A stretch of DNA of 64,000 nucleotides from the human T2T-CHM13v2.0 reference genome, Homo sapiens (GCF_009914755.1 NC_060944.1), one strand, 5' to 3'; shown: positions 1-17,199, counted from the first letter of the stretch. Notes: a model not told the origin generated them from the sequence alone. Numbers and translations: made by a program.

Positions 1-80
1 GAGCTGAAGTTGCGCCACTGGACTCCAGCCTGGGTGATAGAGTGAGACTTTGTCTCAACAACAATGACAACAAAAAACAT
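1..80 (+). mobile_element. Alu 3' end (partial)
   Basis: ccactggactccagcctgggtgatagagtgagac followed by a tail. Confidence 0.85.
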
Positions 81-112
81 AGAAAAGTATCTTCAAGATA
101 TTCAATTTGCAA

Positions 113-337
113 GGCCGGGCACAGTGGCTCATGCCTGTAATCTCAGCTTTGTGGGAGGCCAAGGTGGGTGGATCACCTGAGGTCAGGAGTTTGAGACCAG
201 CCTCACCAACATATTGAAACCCCATCTCTACTAAAAATACAAAAAAAATAGCTGGGCATCATGGTGGGGACCTGTAATCCCAGTTACTCGGGAGGCTGAG
301 GCAGGTGAATTGCTTGAACCTGGGAGGCAGAGGTAGC
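113..337 (+). mobile_element. AluS, 3'-truncated
   Basis: GGCCGGGCACAGTGGCTCA start; stops at gaggtagca with no 3' end. Confidence 0.9.
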
Positions 338-349
338 AAAAGGAATGCA

Positions 350-605
350 GAATAGTATTAATTATTTTTAAATTAAGTATTATTATTTTTAATTATTAAA
401 AATTATTATAAACTATTATCATAGTGTAATATTATATTTATGTTATATAAATTATATAGACATATATAAACATAACATTACTTATATAATAATATAAAAT
501 ATTATTAGTAATTGTTATTTATTAATTATTTTAAAAATTAAGTATTTTTTAGACACATTTTAGACACAAAGATTTGTGATTAATAATTAATTTAAAAAAT
601 AATTA
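350..605. repeat. AT-rich low-complexity island
   Basis: Almost only A/T with repeated aattattttt and aattaagtat motifs. Confidence 0.85.
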
Positions 606-779
606 GGGGGCATTCCAAGATGGCCAAATAGGAACAGCTCCGGTCTGCAGCTCCCAACGTGATCAACACTGAAGATGGGTGATTTCTGCATTTCCAACTG
701 AGGTACCTGGTTCAACTCACTGGGACTGGTTAGACAGTGGGTGTAGCCCACGGAGGGTGAGCTGAAGCAGGGCAGGGCG

Positions 780-1043
780 TCACTTCACCTGGGAAGCACA
801 AGGGGTTGGGGGATTTCCCTTTCCTAGCCAAGGGAAGCCGTGACAGACTACCTGGAAAAACAGGACACTCCCCACCCAAATCCTGCGCTTTTCCCAAGGT
901 CTTAGCAACTGGCAGACAAGGTGATTCTCTATTGTGCCTGGCTTAGTGGGCCCCATGCCCACGGAGCCTTGCTTACTGCTAGCGCAGCAGTCTGAGATCG
1001 ATCTGCGAGGCGGCAGCCTGGCTGGGGGAGGGGCGTCTGCCAT
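780..1043 (-). CDS. L1 antisense ORF0 homologue (87 aa, open)
   Basis: MADAPPPARLPPRRSISDCCASSKQGSVGMGP... aligns with L1 ORF0 (MAGAPPPASLPPCSLISDCCASNQRDSVGVGP...). Start context gcaATGG. Confidence 0.6.
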   Translation of the reverse strand: MADAPPPARLPPRRSISDCCASSKQGSVGMGPTKPGTIENHLVCQLLRPWEKRRIWVGSVLFFQVVCHGFPWLGKGNPPTPCASQVK

Positions 1044-1396
1044 TGCTGAGGCTTGAGTAGGTAAACAGAGCGGCCAGGAAGCTTGAACTGGGTGGAGCCC
1101 ACCACAGCTCAACAAGGCCTACTGCCTCTGTACTCCACCTCTGTGGGCAGGGCATAGCTGAACAAAAGGCAGCAGACAACTTCTGCAGACTTAAACGTCC
1201 TATCTGACAGCTCTGAAGAGAGCAGTGGTTTTCCCAGCATGGCATTTGAGCTCTGAGAATGGACAGACTACCTCCTCAAGTGGGTCCCTGACCCCCGTGT
1301 AGCCTAACTGGGAGACACCTCCCAGTAGCAGCCGACAGACACCTCATATAAGTGGCTGCCCCTCTGGGATGAAGCTTCCAGAGGAAGGATCAGGCA

Positions 1397-1450
1397 GCAA
1401 TATTTGCTGTTCTGCAATATTTGCTGTTCTGCAATATTTGCTGTTCTGCA
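1397..1450 (+). repeat. 3 exact tandem copies of 17-mer GCAATATTTGCTGTTCT in the L1 5'UTR
   Basis: Units at 1397-1413, 1414-1430 and 1431-1447. Confidence 0.97.
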
Positions 1451-1656
1451 GCCTCTGCTGGTGATACCAGGGGAACAGGCTCTGGAGTGGAACTCCAGCA
1501 AACTCCAACAGACCTGCAGCTGAGGGACCTGACTGTTAGAAGGAAAACTAACAAACAGAAAGGAATAGCATCAACATCAACAAAAAGGTCATCTACAACA
1601 AAACCCCATTTGTAGGTCACCAACATCAAAGACCAAAGGTAGATAAAACCACAAAG

Positions 1657-2672
1657 ATGGGGAGAAACCAGAGCAGAAAAGCTGAAAATTCTAAAAACCA
1701 GAGTGCCTCTTCTCCTCCAAAGGATCACAGCTCCTCGCCAGCAATGGAACAAAGCTGGATGAAGAATGACTTTGACGAGTTGACAGAAGTAGGCTTCAGA
1801 AGGTCGGTAATAACAAACTTCTCCGAGCTAAAGGAGGATGTTCGAACCCATTGCAAGGAAGCTAAAAACCTTGAAAAAAGATTAGATGAATGACTAACTA
1901 GAATAAATAGTGTAGAGAAGACCTTAAATGACCTGATGGAGCTGAAAACCGTGGTATGACAACTACATGCACAAGCTTCAATAGCTGATTCGATCAAGTG
2001 GAAGAAAGTGTATCAGTGATTAAAGATCAAATTAATGAAATAAAGCGAGAAGACAAGGTTAGAGAAAAAAGAGTAAAAAGAAACGAACAAAGCCTCCAAG
2101 AAATATGAGACTATGTGAAAAGACCAAATCTACATCTGATTGGTGTACCTGACAGTGATGGGGAGAATAGAACCAAGTTAGAAAACACTCTTCAGGATAT
2201 TATCCAGAACTTCCCCAACCTAGCAAGGCAGGCCAACATTCAAATTCAGGAAATGCAGAGAACACCACAAAGATACTCCTTGAGAAGAGCAACTCCAAGA
2301 CACATAATCGTCAGATTCACCAAGGTTGAAATGAAGGAAAAAGTGTTAAGGGCAGCCAGAGAGAAAGGTCGAACTACCCACAAAGGGAAGCCCATCAGTC
2401 TAACAGCTGATCTCTCGGCAGAAACCCTACAAGCTAGAAGGGAGTGGGGGCCAATATTCAACATTCTTTAAGAAAATAATTTTCAACCCCAAATTTCATA
2501 TCCAGCCAAACTAAGCTTCATAAGTAAAGGAGAAATAAAATCCTTTACAGACAAGCAAATGCTGAGTGATTTTGTTGCCACCAGGCCTACCTGACAAGAG
2601 CTCCTGAAGGAAGCACGAAACATGGAAAGAAACAACCGGTACCAGCCACTGCAAAAACATGCCAAATTATAA
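1657..2672 (+). pseudogene. L1 ORF1p remnant
   Basis: MGRNQSRKAENSKNQ start, premature TGA at 1891-1893, and further fragments (RPNLHLIGVP...). Confidence 0.9.
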
Positions 2673-2735
2673 AGACCATCAATGCTATGAAGAAACTGCA
2701 TCAATTAACAGGCAAAATAACCAGCGAACATCATA

Positions 2736-6560
<3,825 letters not shown>

Positions 6561-6829
6561 ACAATGAGAACATTTGGACACAGGGTGGGGAACATCACAC
6601 ACTGGGACCTGTTGGGGGGTGGGGGACTAGGGGAGGGATAGCATTAGGAGAAATACCTAATGTAAATGAGGAGTTGATGGGTGCAGCAAACCAACATGGC
6701 ACATGTATACCTATGTATCAAACCTGCATGTTGAGCTCATGTACCCTAGAACTTAAAGTATAATAAAAAAAATTTAAATTTAAATTTAAAAAAAGAAAGA
6801 AAGAAAAGAAAAGAAAAAGAAAAGAAAAA

Positions 6830-8730
6830 TATTATCTGGGATTTGTTTCAAAATAATTTGAGAGAAGGGAATAAACGGAGGAGGCATTGGTGGTTGGGTT
6901 GGTAGTTGCTGGGGCTAAATGATGGTGTTCATGGGATTGGTTACACTATTCTATTTTTGTGGATGTTCACAAATCTCCATAATAGAAAAGTTTTTAAAAT
7001 ATATGCTACACAGATATACCATTTCTCATCTATTTGGCAAAAATTCAAAAGCTTAACAACACACTATACTGATGAGGCTGTAAGAAAATAGAAACTCTTA
7101 CATTGCTGGCAAGAATGCGAAATGGTAAAACCCTATTGGGTGAATCTGGTATTATTTAACAAAATCATATATGCTTTTATCCTATGATCCAGCATTCCTA
7201 TTTGGTACTGTAATGTGAAACATTTTAGGTATGATAAGACTTCCGGACCATTATAATGTACATTATAGGATAATGTAAATATGTTGATATGATTAATTAT
7301 ATTTAAAATAAAAGAAAACATTTATTTGTTATTAGGAACCAAGACTTTCATAGTGAGAGAAAACAGGTACAAACAAAAAACAGAAGAACAAACTGTGTAC
7401 AATACGTCTGAATTAGAAATACTATGAACTAAATAATTCCTGAAGATATGATAGTAATAGAAAATGACTACTTTGTAATCCCAATGTCTCACTGATTTAC
7501 ACAAGCATCTTCAATGGACACTAAAACCACTAGATGATATGCTGTTAGGAAACAGAATATTCATAGTCTCAAAATATCACCCCACAGTTTTGTTACTAAT
7601 TACAAACAATAAATGTATCTTTACATTGGAGAGATCTTATAGCCCCCACCTTTACCAAATAACTTGGTATCTATTGAATCTAGAAGCTAGGTGCTAATGG
7701 ATACCACCTCTCTCTAAACAAACCAAGTATGGTATGATTCCACTGACAAGAAATATCCAGAATGGGCGAATCCATAAAGATAGAAGGTAGATTACTAGTT
7801 GCCTAGGTACAGGGAAATGAGTTGTTGTCTAAGAATGGGAGGGTAAAGGGTTTCTTTGGGGGAGACACAAATATTCTAAAATTGATTGTGGTGGTGTCCA
7901 CATAACTGTGAACACACTAAATCACACATTTTAAATAAGTGAATTATATGGTGTGATACCTCAATACAGCTTTTTTAAAAAAAGAAAAAAATTATTAATA
8001 AATAATGTTGCCATTTGTGTCTAAAAAATAGGTATACACTTGAAAATGAATAAAATAGCCCATAAAATTATACTTCAGAAGCTGGTAACAGTGGTTGCCT
8101 CTATGGAGAGAATCAAGGTGCCTGGGGCGCAGGAGAGGGGAGGGAGACTTACTTTTTTAAATTAAGGTATAATTTACATACACTGCTATTCGCCCCTTTT
8201 AGTATACATTTCCCCCAGTTTTGACAAATGCGTGCAGCCATGGGGGCACACAGCAATGTACATATAGACTGCTTCCGTCACCCCTAATTTTCTCCTGTCC
8301 CTCTATAGTCAAGCCGTGGCACCACCCTCAGCCCCCGACAGCACTGATCTGTTTTCTGTCCCTACAGTTTTGCCTTTTCCATTATGTCACATGCGTGGGC
8401 TCAAACAGATGTAGCTTCTGAGAGACTTTTTTCTGCATTTTTTATTTCTTGAATTTTGTTTTATGTGTACATATTATCTATTCAAAAAATAGGTAACAGT
8501 TTTGGACAGCAAAAATCATCCTTATAAATAATCCATGGGCTAGAGAGAAAACCCAGTGGAAATCATAAAATATTTAGAACTGAATGATAATGAAGGTATT
8601 CATGAAATATCATTAATGAAATAGGTTTTGATACTATTATACGTACTGGAAATATCAAAACCCATGGATGCAGCAAAAATAATATCTGGGGTAAAATTTA
8701 TAACCTTAAGTATGTTGATCAGAAAACAAA
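6830..8730. mobile_element. Patchwork of ancient L1M fragments
   Basis: L1M 3'UTR-like motifs (tctgggatttgtttcaaaataat; aatccataaagatagaaggtagatta; ttctaaaattgattgtggtggtg) and an ORF2-like piece at ~8520-8730. Confidence 0.65.
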
Positions 8731-8734
8731 CACT

Positions 8735-9038
<304 letters not shown>

Positions 9039-9238
9039 AGAAAACAAACATTGTATTTTAAAAGATGCTAATGTGTCCTAAAAAGCCAAACAAAGCAGAA
9101 TAAATGCAAAGATCTAGAAGGATATTATTATGAAATAATTAATAACAACAAGAATAAATGGAGATAATAAAAATACATGTGATTTGTATATTGATGCACA
9201 AAAGCAACTTAGGGTGGTGGAATGGACATTGGACTTAA

Positions 9239-9368
9239 CACATTTATGCCGGAGGTCACAAATTTTTTTGTGTGAAAAATCAGACCTTGGCGATGACCTT
9301 GAGCAGTAGGATACAAATAACTCCCACAAGCTTAGCGTTCCAATAGTAGAACACTAGGCATCAATAAC
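9239..9368 (-). mobile_element. MER85, non-autonomous piggyBac (PGBD3-derived) MITE
   Basis: TTAA on both sides (9235-9238, 9369-9372). TIR-like ends cacatttatgcc / ggcatcaat. Body cagaccttggcgatgaccttgagcagtaggata...ctcccacaagcttagcgttccaat matches the recalled MER85 consensus. Confidence 0.88.
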
Positions 9369-9466
9369 TTAAGACCTCTGAGACTCAGTTTCTTCACCTC
9401 CCAAATGGGGATAAAACCTCCTTTTTCCCAGTGGTAGGTAGGACTTACACCAATAAGGATTTAGCC

Positions 9467-9759
9467 GACCAGGCGTGGTGGCTCACTCCTGTAATCTCAG
9501 CACTTTAGGAGGCCGAGGCAGGTGGATCACCTGAGGTCAGGAGTTCGAGACCAGCCTGGCCAACATGATGAAACCCCATCTCTAGTAAAAATACAAAAAA
9601 TTAGCCAGGCGTGGTGGCGGGCGCCTGTAATCCCAGCTACTTGGGAAGCTGAGGCAGGAGAATCGCTCGAAACTGGAGGTGGAGGTTGCAGTGAGCTGAG
9701 ATCACACCATTGCACTCCAGCCTGGGCAACAGGAGCAAAACTCTGTCAAAAAAAAAGAA
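9467..9759 (+). mobile_element. AluSq-like with TSD AAGGATTTAGCC
   Basis: Full dimer; the TSD is present on both flanks. Confidence 0.92.
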
Positions 9760-10219
9760 AAGGATTTAGCCATGGTAGAGCCCTTCCCTCTCTGTGCCCC
9801 AGCATAGAAGGTAATTACAGTGGGGATTATGGTGTGCCAGTAGAGAAGTTTCTCTTTAAGGTTTAAGACATGTGTTCCCTTACCTGAGTTTCTTTCTTCT
9901 CTACTACTTCTTGAATCTTTCCTTTCTTCCTTCACTGTTGATCTACACTAGAGAGGTTCTGCAGAAGAACAACCTGAGGTCACTGAGCTCTAGGTCAGGC
10001 CAGTCAGAGTTCACACACCGGATTCGGAAACACCTTGAAATAAGAGCTAAGTCCTTGTATTAGAAGACCAAGACTTAAAACCAGATCTATCCCTTTTAAG
10101 CTGTGTGATCATGAACAAGCCTCTTAACCTCTTTGCGTCTTTGAGTTTAGTGTCTTATCTGTCAAACAGGATCACAGTAATGCCCATATCACAGAGTTGC
10201 CATGAGAATCAAATGAGGA

Positions 10220-10500
10220 AGCCGGGCATGGTGGCTCATGCCTGGAATCCCAGCTCTTTGGGAGGCCAAGGCAGGCAGATCACTTTGAGCTCAGGAGTTC
10301 AAGACCAGCCTGGCCAACATGGCAAAATCCTGTCTCTACAAAAAATACAAAAAATAGCCGGATGTTGGTGGCTCATGCCTGTAGTCCCAGGCTGAAGAAC
10401 CACTTAAGCCCAGTAGGAAGAGGTTGCAGTGAGCCGAGATCAGGCCGCACTCTAGCCTGGGTGACAGAGTAAGACTCTGTCTCAAAAAAAAAAGAAAAAA
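10220..10500 (+). mobile_element. AluJ-like with small internal deletion
   Basis: Alu dimer lacking part of the right-arm ctactcgggag segment. Confidence 0.85.
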
Positions 10501-10956
10501 GTGGTGACATATGGGAAAGTATTTTTCTACATTGTAAAGTGCTATATAAACGTTAGCTATTACAGTAATTAGTTTTATTAAAACTTGTCCACCAAAAGTA
10601 TACTGAAAAACACTTCCCCTGTTCACACGGGAGGTCTGTGCCTGTGGCAGCTGGGATGGGGGTGGTGGCTATTCTGATTAGGCATCCCACCTCCTGGGCT
10701 GGCCAGCCAGCTGCCAGCCCACTACCAATACCTCAGCGAGTGTCCCAGCTTTTCAGTTACACAATTAAGGAGGGTCCAGTGGAAACTTTAGGGAAAGGAT
10801 AAGGGTAAAGAGAAATGTTTCTTTTGTGTTGAAAACAAAATTATTACCCTTACCTGTGTTTCCTGGGTTCTTGGCTAGCCTGAAGAAGTAATTGTTATTG
10901 AAAGGTTAACAATTCAGTATGTAATTCTTTTTCCAAAACTTCTATAGACTAGATTA

Positions 10957-11290
10957 CAGTGCTTTCCAAGAGAAGGAGAATGCAAACCATAAATGAAAGC
11001 TGTAAATGGAATTTAAAATGTTCCAGTAGCCCTTTTTAAAAAGTAAAAAGGAACAGGAACAATTAGTTTTCATGATATTATTAGATTTTATATAAGCCAG
11101 TTAATCTAAACTATTGCCATTTTAACATGTCATCAATATAAAAGTTATAATGAGATAATTTAGTTTTTTTCACAGTAAGCCTTCAGAATTTGAGATTGAC
11201 TTACAGCTCATTCTAATTTGAATCAGCTGCATCTCAAGTGTTTCACGGCCACACGTGGCATGTGGCAATTTTATTGGACAGTCCAGGACT
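10957..11290 (+). mobile_element. MER3-like hAT-Charlie DNA transposon
   Basis: cagtgctttccaa...tagccctttttaaaaagtaaaaag...gccacacgtggcatgtggc...ttggacag. Confidence 0.65.
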
Positions 11291-11704
11291 AGGACTTTGT
11301 AAGGCTTAGGGAAAGCCACTTCATCCCTGAAGAGGAGAAAACGCGGCTGGAATCTGAGTGGCTTCTTGTAAAGGATAGTCAGGGGAGAAAAGTGAGTTCC
11401 AGATTTGGGTTCATACAGTCATTCGTTCATCAATTATTTCTTGGGCACCAACTTTGTGCCAAGTGCTGTGGTCTTGGCTCTGCAGCCAGCTCATTTCATG
11501 ACTTTGCACAAGTCACTTCCCTTCTCAGAACCCCAAACTCCCTGTTCCACCTTGGAGAAAATGAGGTTACCTGTCTATGAAGGAGAGAAATGTTTGTACC
11601 AGCTAGAGGAAAATGCCTCTAGAAATCATTAACAGTGGAGTTCTGAAAGGCCGGCAGCACCAACTGGTTTCATTGATTCCATGGATGAAGCTCTCACGAT
11701 CCCA

Positions 11705-12005
11705 TTATTATTATTATTATTATTTTATTTTGAGATAGGGCCTCACTCTGTTGCCCAGGCTGGAGTGCAGTGGCATGATTATAGCTCACTGTAACCTCAA
11801 ACTCCTGGACTCAAACTCAGTCTCCTAAGTAGCTGAGGTTATAGGCACGTGCCACCACGCTTAGCTAATTAAAAAAAAAAAATTTGTAGAGACGGGGTCT
11901 TGCTATGTTGCCCAGGCTGGTTTCAAACTCCTGGGCTCAAGCGATCCTCCCATCTTGGTCTCCCAAAGTGCTGAGATTACAGGTGTGAGCCACTGGACCC
12001 AGCCC
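11705..12005 (-). mobile_element. AluJ
   Basis: Reverse Alu with (ATT)n tail. Confidence 0.88.
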
Positions 12006-12901
12006 CCTTTATTATTAATGTCAAAACCAACCGACTCTGTAGGATTTTAGTGGAGGAATTAATCACACAAGTCTTATCCATGGAAACAGTGATTTATCAT
12101 GCTCATGGCATCACCTGGGACCTGATTTCTTCACCAGTGTCTTATTGACCATCTTTCTAAAGGAGGGTCTAAGGGAGAACTGATGAAATAAGTCATAAAT
12201 TCCAAGTGTGTTATACATGCTAAGTTATCATTCCTGTCTGTCAGTAGATTTAACTGTGGGGAGATATCCAGGAGGTTTTGCAAGGAGGGGTGCTAGGGCT
12301 TAGTACTCTCATTATATCTCAGTACAGATGGAAATAAAGTTACATCTGTAAACCTGTAGGTGGCCATGACTTTGGAATGATTGTAGCTTAAATAGGAAAA
12401 GTAAATAGAGTTACCCTTCCTAGGAATTGGGCAATATTTGCCATACAGCTGGGCTGTCAGGTAAAATCAGTTTTCAACTTCTGTGCCTGGAAAATGATTC
12501 TACATAGGTATTTAGAAGCGTTGTACATAGATATCCAGAAGTGTTAGAAACTCTTTAAATAGATAACAATCATAAAATCAGATACCATCACTTGTGGTTG
12601 TAGCCCAAGCCGATGTTAGTAATCTGGATGCATGGGGACATGCAGATATGACAATCGCTAATGCAAGTTCAGGTGGTAAGCACTGAACAAACCCCTGACA
12701 TTGGTACATGGTCTTTTCATTCTATAATGTGTTTTCACAACATTGTCTCATTGAAGCTTTACAACAGCTTTGCATAGTGAGTAGGCTATAGGTTATAATC
12801 CTCATTTTACAGAGAAGGAGCTGGAGGCTCATCAGTTAAGTAACTAGGTGAAAGTTATGGCACTAAAGAATTGTAAAGATGTTTGTATGAGTGATGATTT
12901 C

Positions 12902-13460
12902 TTTTTTCAACAGCTTTGGGGTACAAATGGTTTTTGTTACATGGATTAATTTTATAGTGGTGAAGTCTGAGATTTTAGTGCACCTGTCGCCGGAGTAATG
13001 TTCATTGTACCTAATATGTCATTTTTTTAAACCCTCTCCACTCTCCTTTGGAGTCACCAAAGTCCATTATGTCACTCTGTATGCCATTGCATCCTCATAG
13101 CTTAGCTCCCACTTACACATGAGAACATATGGTATTTGGTTTTCCATTCCTGAGTTACTTCACTTAGAGTAGTGGACTCCAGCTCTATTCAAGTTACTGC
13201 AAAAGACATTATTTCATTCTTTTTTATGACTAAGTAGTATTCCGTGGTGTATATGTACCACCTTTTCTCTATCCACTCATTGGCTGATGAACACTTAGGT
13301 TGATTCCATATCTTTGCAATTGTGAATTGTGCTGCAATAAACATACACGTGTAGGTGTCTTTTTGATATAATAACTTCTTTTCCTTTAGGTAGATATCCA
13401 GTAGTGGGATTGCCAGATTGAATGGTAGATCTACTATTAGTTCTTTAAGAAATTTCTGTG
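12902..13460 (-). mobile_element. L1PB-like 3' end
   Basis: Minus-strand ORF ...CMFIAAQFTIAKIWNQPKC... (ORF2 C-terminus) plus 3'UTR. Confidence 0.85.
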
Positions 13461-14821
13461 ATTTTTTTTCTTTTATTTGTATTTTGTTTTTGTTTGTCAC
13501 TCCACATCTTGCTGCCTTCCTAAGCTTCCCCACTACAGAAAAAGGGCCCTGATGCCTTATCCAACTTAGGACATGTGTGGAGCTTCTTTGTGTCTAGAGA
13601 GGTCCTAGTAGTTAAGCAGACTTTCAGCTGACTGATGAGAACTCAAGCCGAGAAGAAGGCAGGCCTCCATGGTCTCACAAATAAGTAGACTTCTCGGTAG
13701 GGACAGGACAGGAGGAAGAAAAAATGGCTGTTCTTGTTTATTTCCAGTACTATCAGCCACAAAAGGAGTGGGATCATTGCTCAGAAAGACTTCCCTACTA
13801 CTGGACACAATGGGCTTTATTAGAAGTGGAAAAACATTCTAGATCGCATCTTATAAATAACAACCCCTTCTCTTCACATTGCACTTCATAATTCACAAAG
13901 CTTTTTTACAGATATAACTTAATCAATTCGTGCATGCATCAATTTCATAAGTTAGAGAACTGTCTTGCACGCAGTGCTTTGTGCATTGTAGGAAATCAGG
14001 TATTTGTTGAATAAATGAATGGCTCAATCTCCATTTTGCAGACGAAAAAACAAAGGTCCAAAGAGGCTGAGTGATTTATCACAGTGAGGGAAGCGTGACC
14101 AAAACCCGTATTTTCTGAGCTCAAGTCTGATTATGCTCCTATATAAGTTTTTGGACAGGCACCACAGAATATTACTAGGGGAAATAGTCACACTTTCCCT
14201 GAGCAGCTTCTCAATAAGTAGGGATTTGGGGGTATCTCAGGTCTCACCGATCATTTATATTGCTGTAAATTAAATCATTATTCACTTTCTCTAGAAGAGA
14301 TGGAAAAACACCAAATTAGCATTCCACTTCCCAAACAGCCCGGCAGAGTGAAGATGGCAGTGAACAGTAGCCAAATTTCTAATTTTCTCATCAAGAAATC
14401 AAAGCAGAAGGATTAATCTGTGAGCCACCAATCACAAATATAAAATAATGCCAGCTTGGTAAAGAAAGTGGAAAACATTATATACTGAAAACCCCCCAAG
14501 CAGCACCTGGTATTGAAATCCCAGCCTAGGAGCCACATGTCTCAACAGAGAAGAGAGCTTCTTTATTCTTCAGGAATTTCAAGACTGAAAAGATAAATTA
14601 GAATCTCAAGAAATGGTTTCAAGGGTGTTTATTACTAAAGCCCCTAAAATAGGAATGACAGAGTCAGTGGTGAGGGAAACGATGTGGGTTGATGAATCCA
14701 GAGGTGTTTGGACGAGTGTACAAATGGTCTTAGAGGAAGGAAGGCACTTCTGGACAACCTCTGCTGGGAATGGCAAGCATCTTCCTATTAGGCATTTTCC
14801 AGGGTTCAAGACTCCCATTGA

Positions 14822-15145
<324 letters not shown>

Positions 15146-17199
15146 TAACACTCCTGACTCTGGCCAGTCTGCCAATTGTCTCCAGAACATTTCCGTCTCT
15201 GTCATTAAGCCTCCATTTGTCCTTCTGGGGTAGTAGATAAATCATTATACTTGAAGTACTATTTCCCTTTATCCGAGTTCTAGAAGGTGTTGTCCTTAGG
15301 TTTAGCCCAAACCTACTCCCAGGTACTTCTATCTGGGAGCCCATTCCAAACCAAGCTAACCCCTCTTCACTGTCACATATTTCATCAACCACAGGAGACC
15401 ATAACCATGATGCTCCCATTTCCGGCAGCTACACATCTCCAGCCGGAGGGTAATGACTTAACACATTCCCAAAAGAATGGGGTTTCCAGATCTGTTATCA
15501 TCATGGCCATCCTTTTGGCCAAGTTTCTGGACTGAAAGCTGGACTCCAGAGATACTCTGAACGGCAGAGGGCACTTCCTCTAGGATGGTTACTTAACACC
15601 CACCTCTGCCCTCAGAAAAATGCCCACTAAGTAAGGAGGAAGTGCAGGATGGAAGGATGGTCTCTGCTTTCAGGGACGGATGCTTGAGAACTGCTAGGGC
15701 CCATGTGCTGGGTTGTCAAGGCAACAGGCAGCACCATTTCAACACCTCCGCATTGTAGCTATGGGGCCTGGCCCTGGTCCATGCTGCAGCTGTAGGCCCA
15801 GCAGTGGGTGAGGGGCCATGCTCTCCAGAATCCCTCAGGGCAGGCTGATGCTCCCTCCCTGCAGCTCTCAGAGCAGCCCCATCAGGCCCACTCTTGCCCC
15901 AGCAAGTTTTTGTAATTTACACTCTGCCAGCAGCAAGGCCCACCCATCCTGGGTTTTGAGTCTCCTGAATGCAGGTTCTATAACCTCCAGAGAGAAAATG
16001 TGCCCAGTAAGTGTCCAGGGGCTAAAAGGTTGAGATAGCAGAGCACGGGCGTTGAGAGGAGAGGATGTGTGGTGTCAGCGGTGCTTTGGTCTTTGACTTC
16101 AAGCTCCTCCCTGGAGCATACACAGAACTTTACAGCTAAAGGAAACATTCCAAACCCAACCTCCTTCTTCTTGTAGGTGAAGAGACAGGCCCAGAGAAGA
16201 GTACTGACCCACCCAAGGGCACAATGTGATGTACACACAGAGTCTACCTATACAAGGACCCAGTACCCACCTCCTGGAATCTGGGGCAGCTAGTGTTGCT
16301 TTTCTGAGATCTACTGTGAGGGCTCCTAGGAGGAGGGCACAGGATGTGGGTGCTTCCCCTCCTCCACCTATTTCCCACGTATGGGATGCAGGCTCACAAA
16401 TGCTACATTTTGACTTCCCGCTTCGGAGAGCTTAAGTGCCACTCTGAGCATAAACTGTGGGTTAGCAAGAGATCAGGCACACACACCGGACATGACCACA
16501 AGGCCATGAAGGCAAGCCCTTCCAGCTTCACTTCCCCCACTTGTAACATGGTCTGGGTTAGCTGGTCACTGAGATCTCTTTCTGCACGGACATTCTGCGA
16601 TCATTCTGTGGTCAGGCACCTCAGGAATCTCTTTAGCCTACACTGCAGAGAGATTTCATCCAATGGTAGCAGAATTAAAAAGGAATCTGTATTCATGCCA
16701 ATTGCTTCTTTTACTGTCACAAGAGGAAGAAGAGTTTTGAGGATGGGACTGGTCTCAAAATGGCCCTCCTGTTTATGATGGATGTGTGGGTGAGGGGGCA
16801 GTTATTTCAGATGCTCAGGAAACATGCTGGCACCTCACAGGAGCTGACATCCTGTGACCTGCACAGTCCCCAAGGAAGGCTTCCCTACCCCCTTAAGCCT
16901 GGTTCATGTACAGTCCCACGTGCAGCCCCAGTCTTAATGCCACCACCACACTCCCAGGTGGTGGCCTCTCCACTGTATCTTGTTATGATGTCTTGTTTAC
17001 CCCCAGACCTGGCACGTGGTAGGTATTTACTGCATTCTTTAATGACTGATGAAATGAGCAGAGTCTCTCTACTGGGACAGGAAAGCAGGACAGGAGTGAG
17101 GTTGTGGTGTGTTTGGAAATATGGTGCTTTAGCTTGTCATATCACTTGGGCGGGTCTCCTGCCTCCCTTTTTATATGTAAAATAAAGGAGTCTGACAGA

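Noticed and set aside
1397-1450. Direct repeats as a CRISPR-like array
   Set aside because: No spacers, eukaryotic context; a simple tandem duplication.
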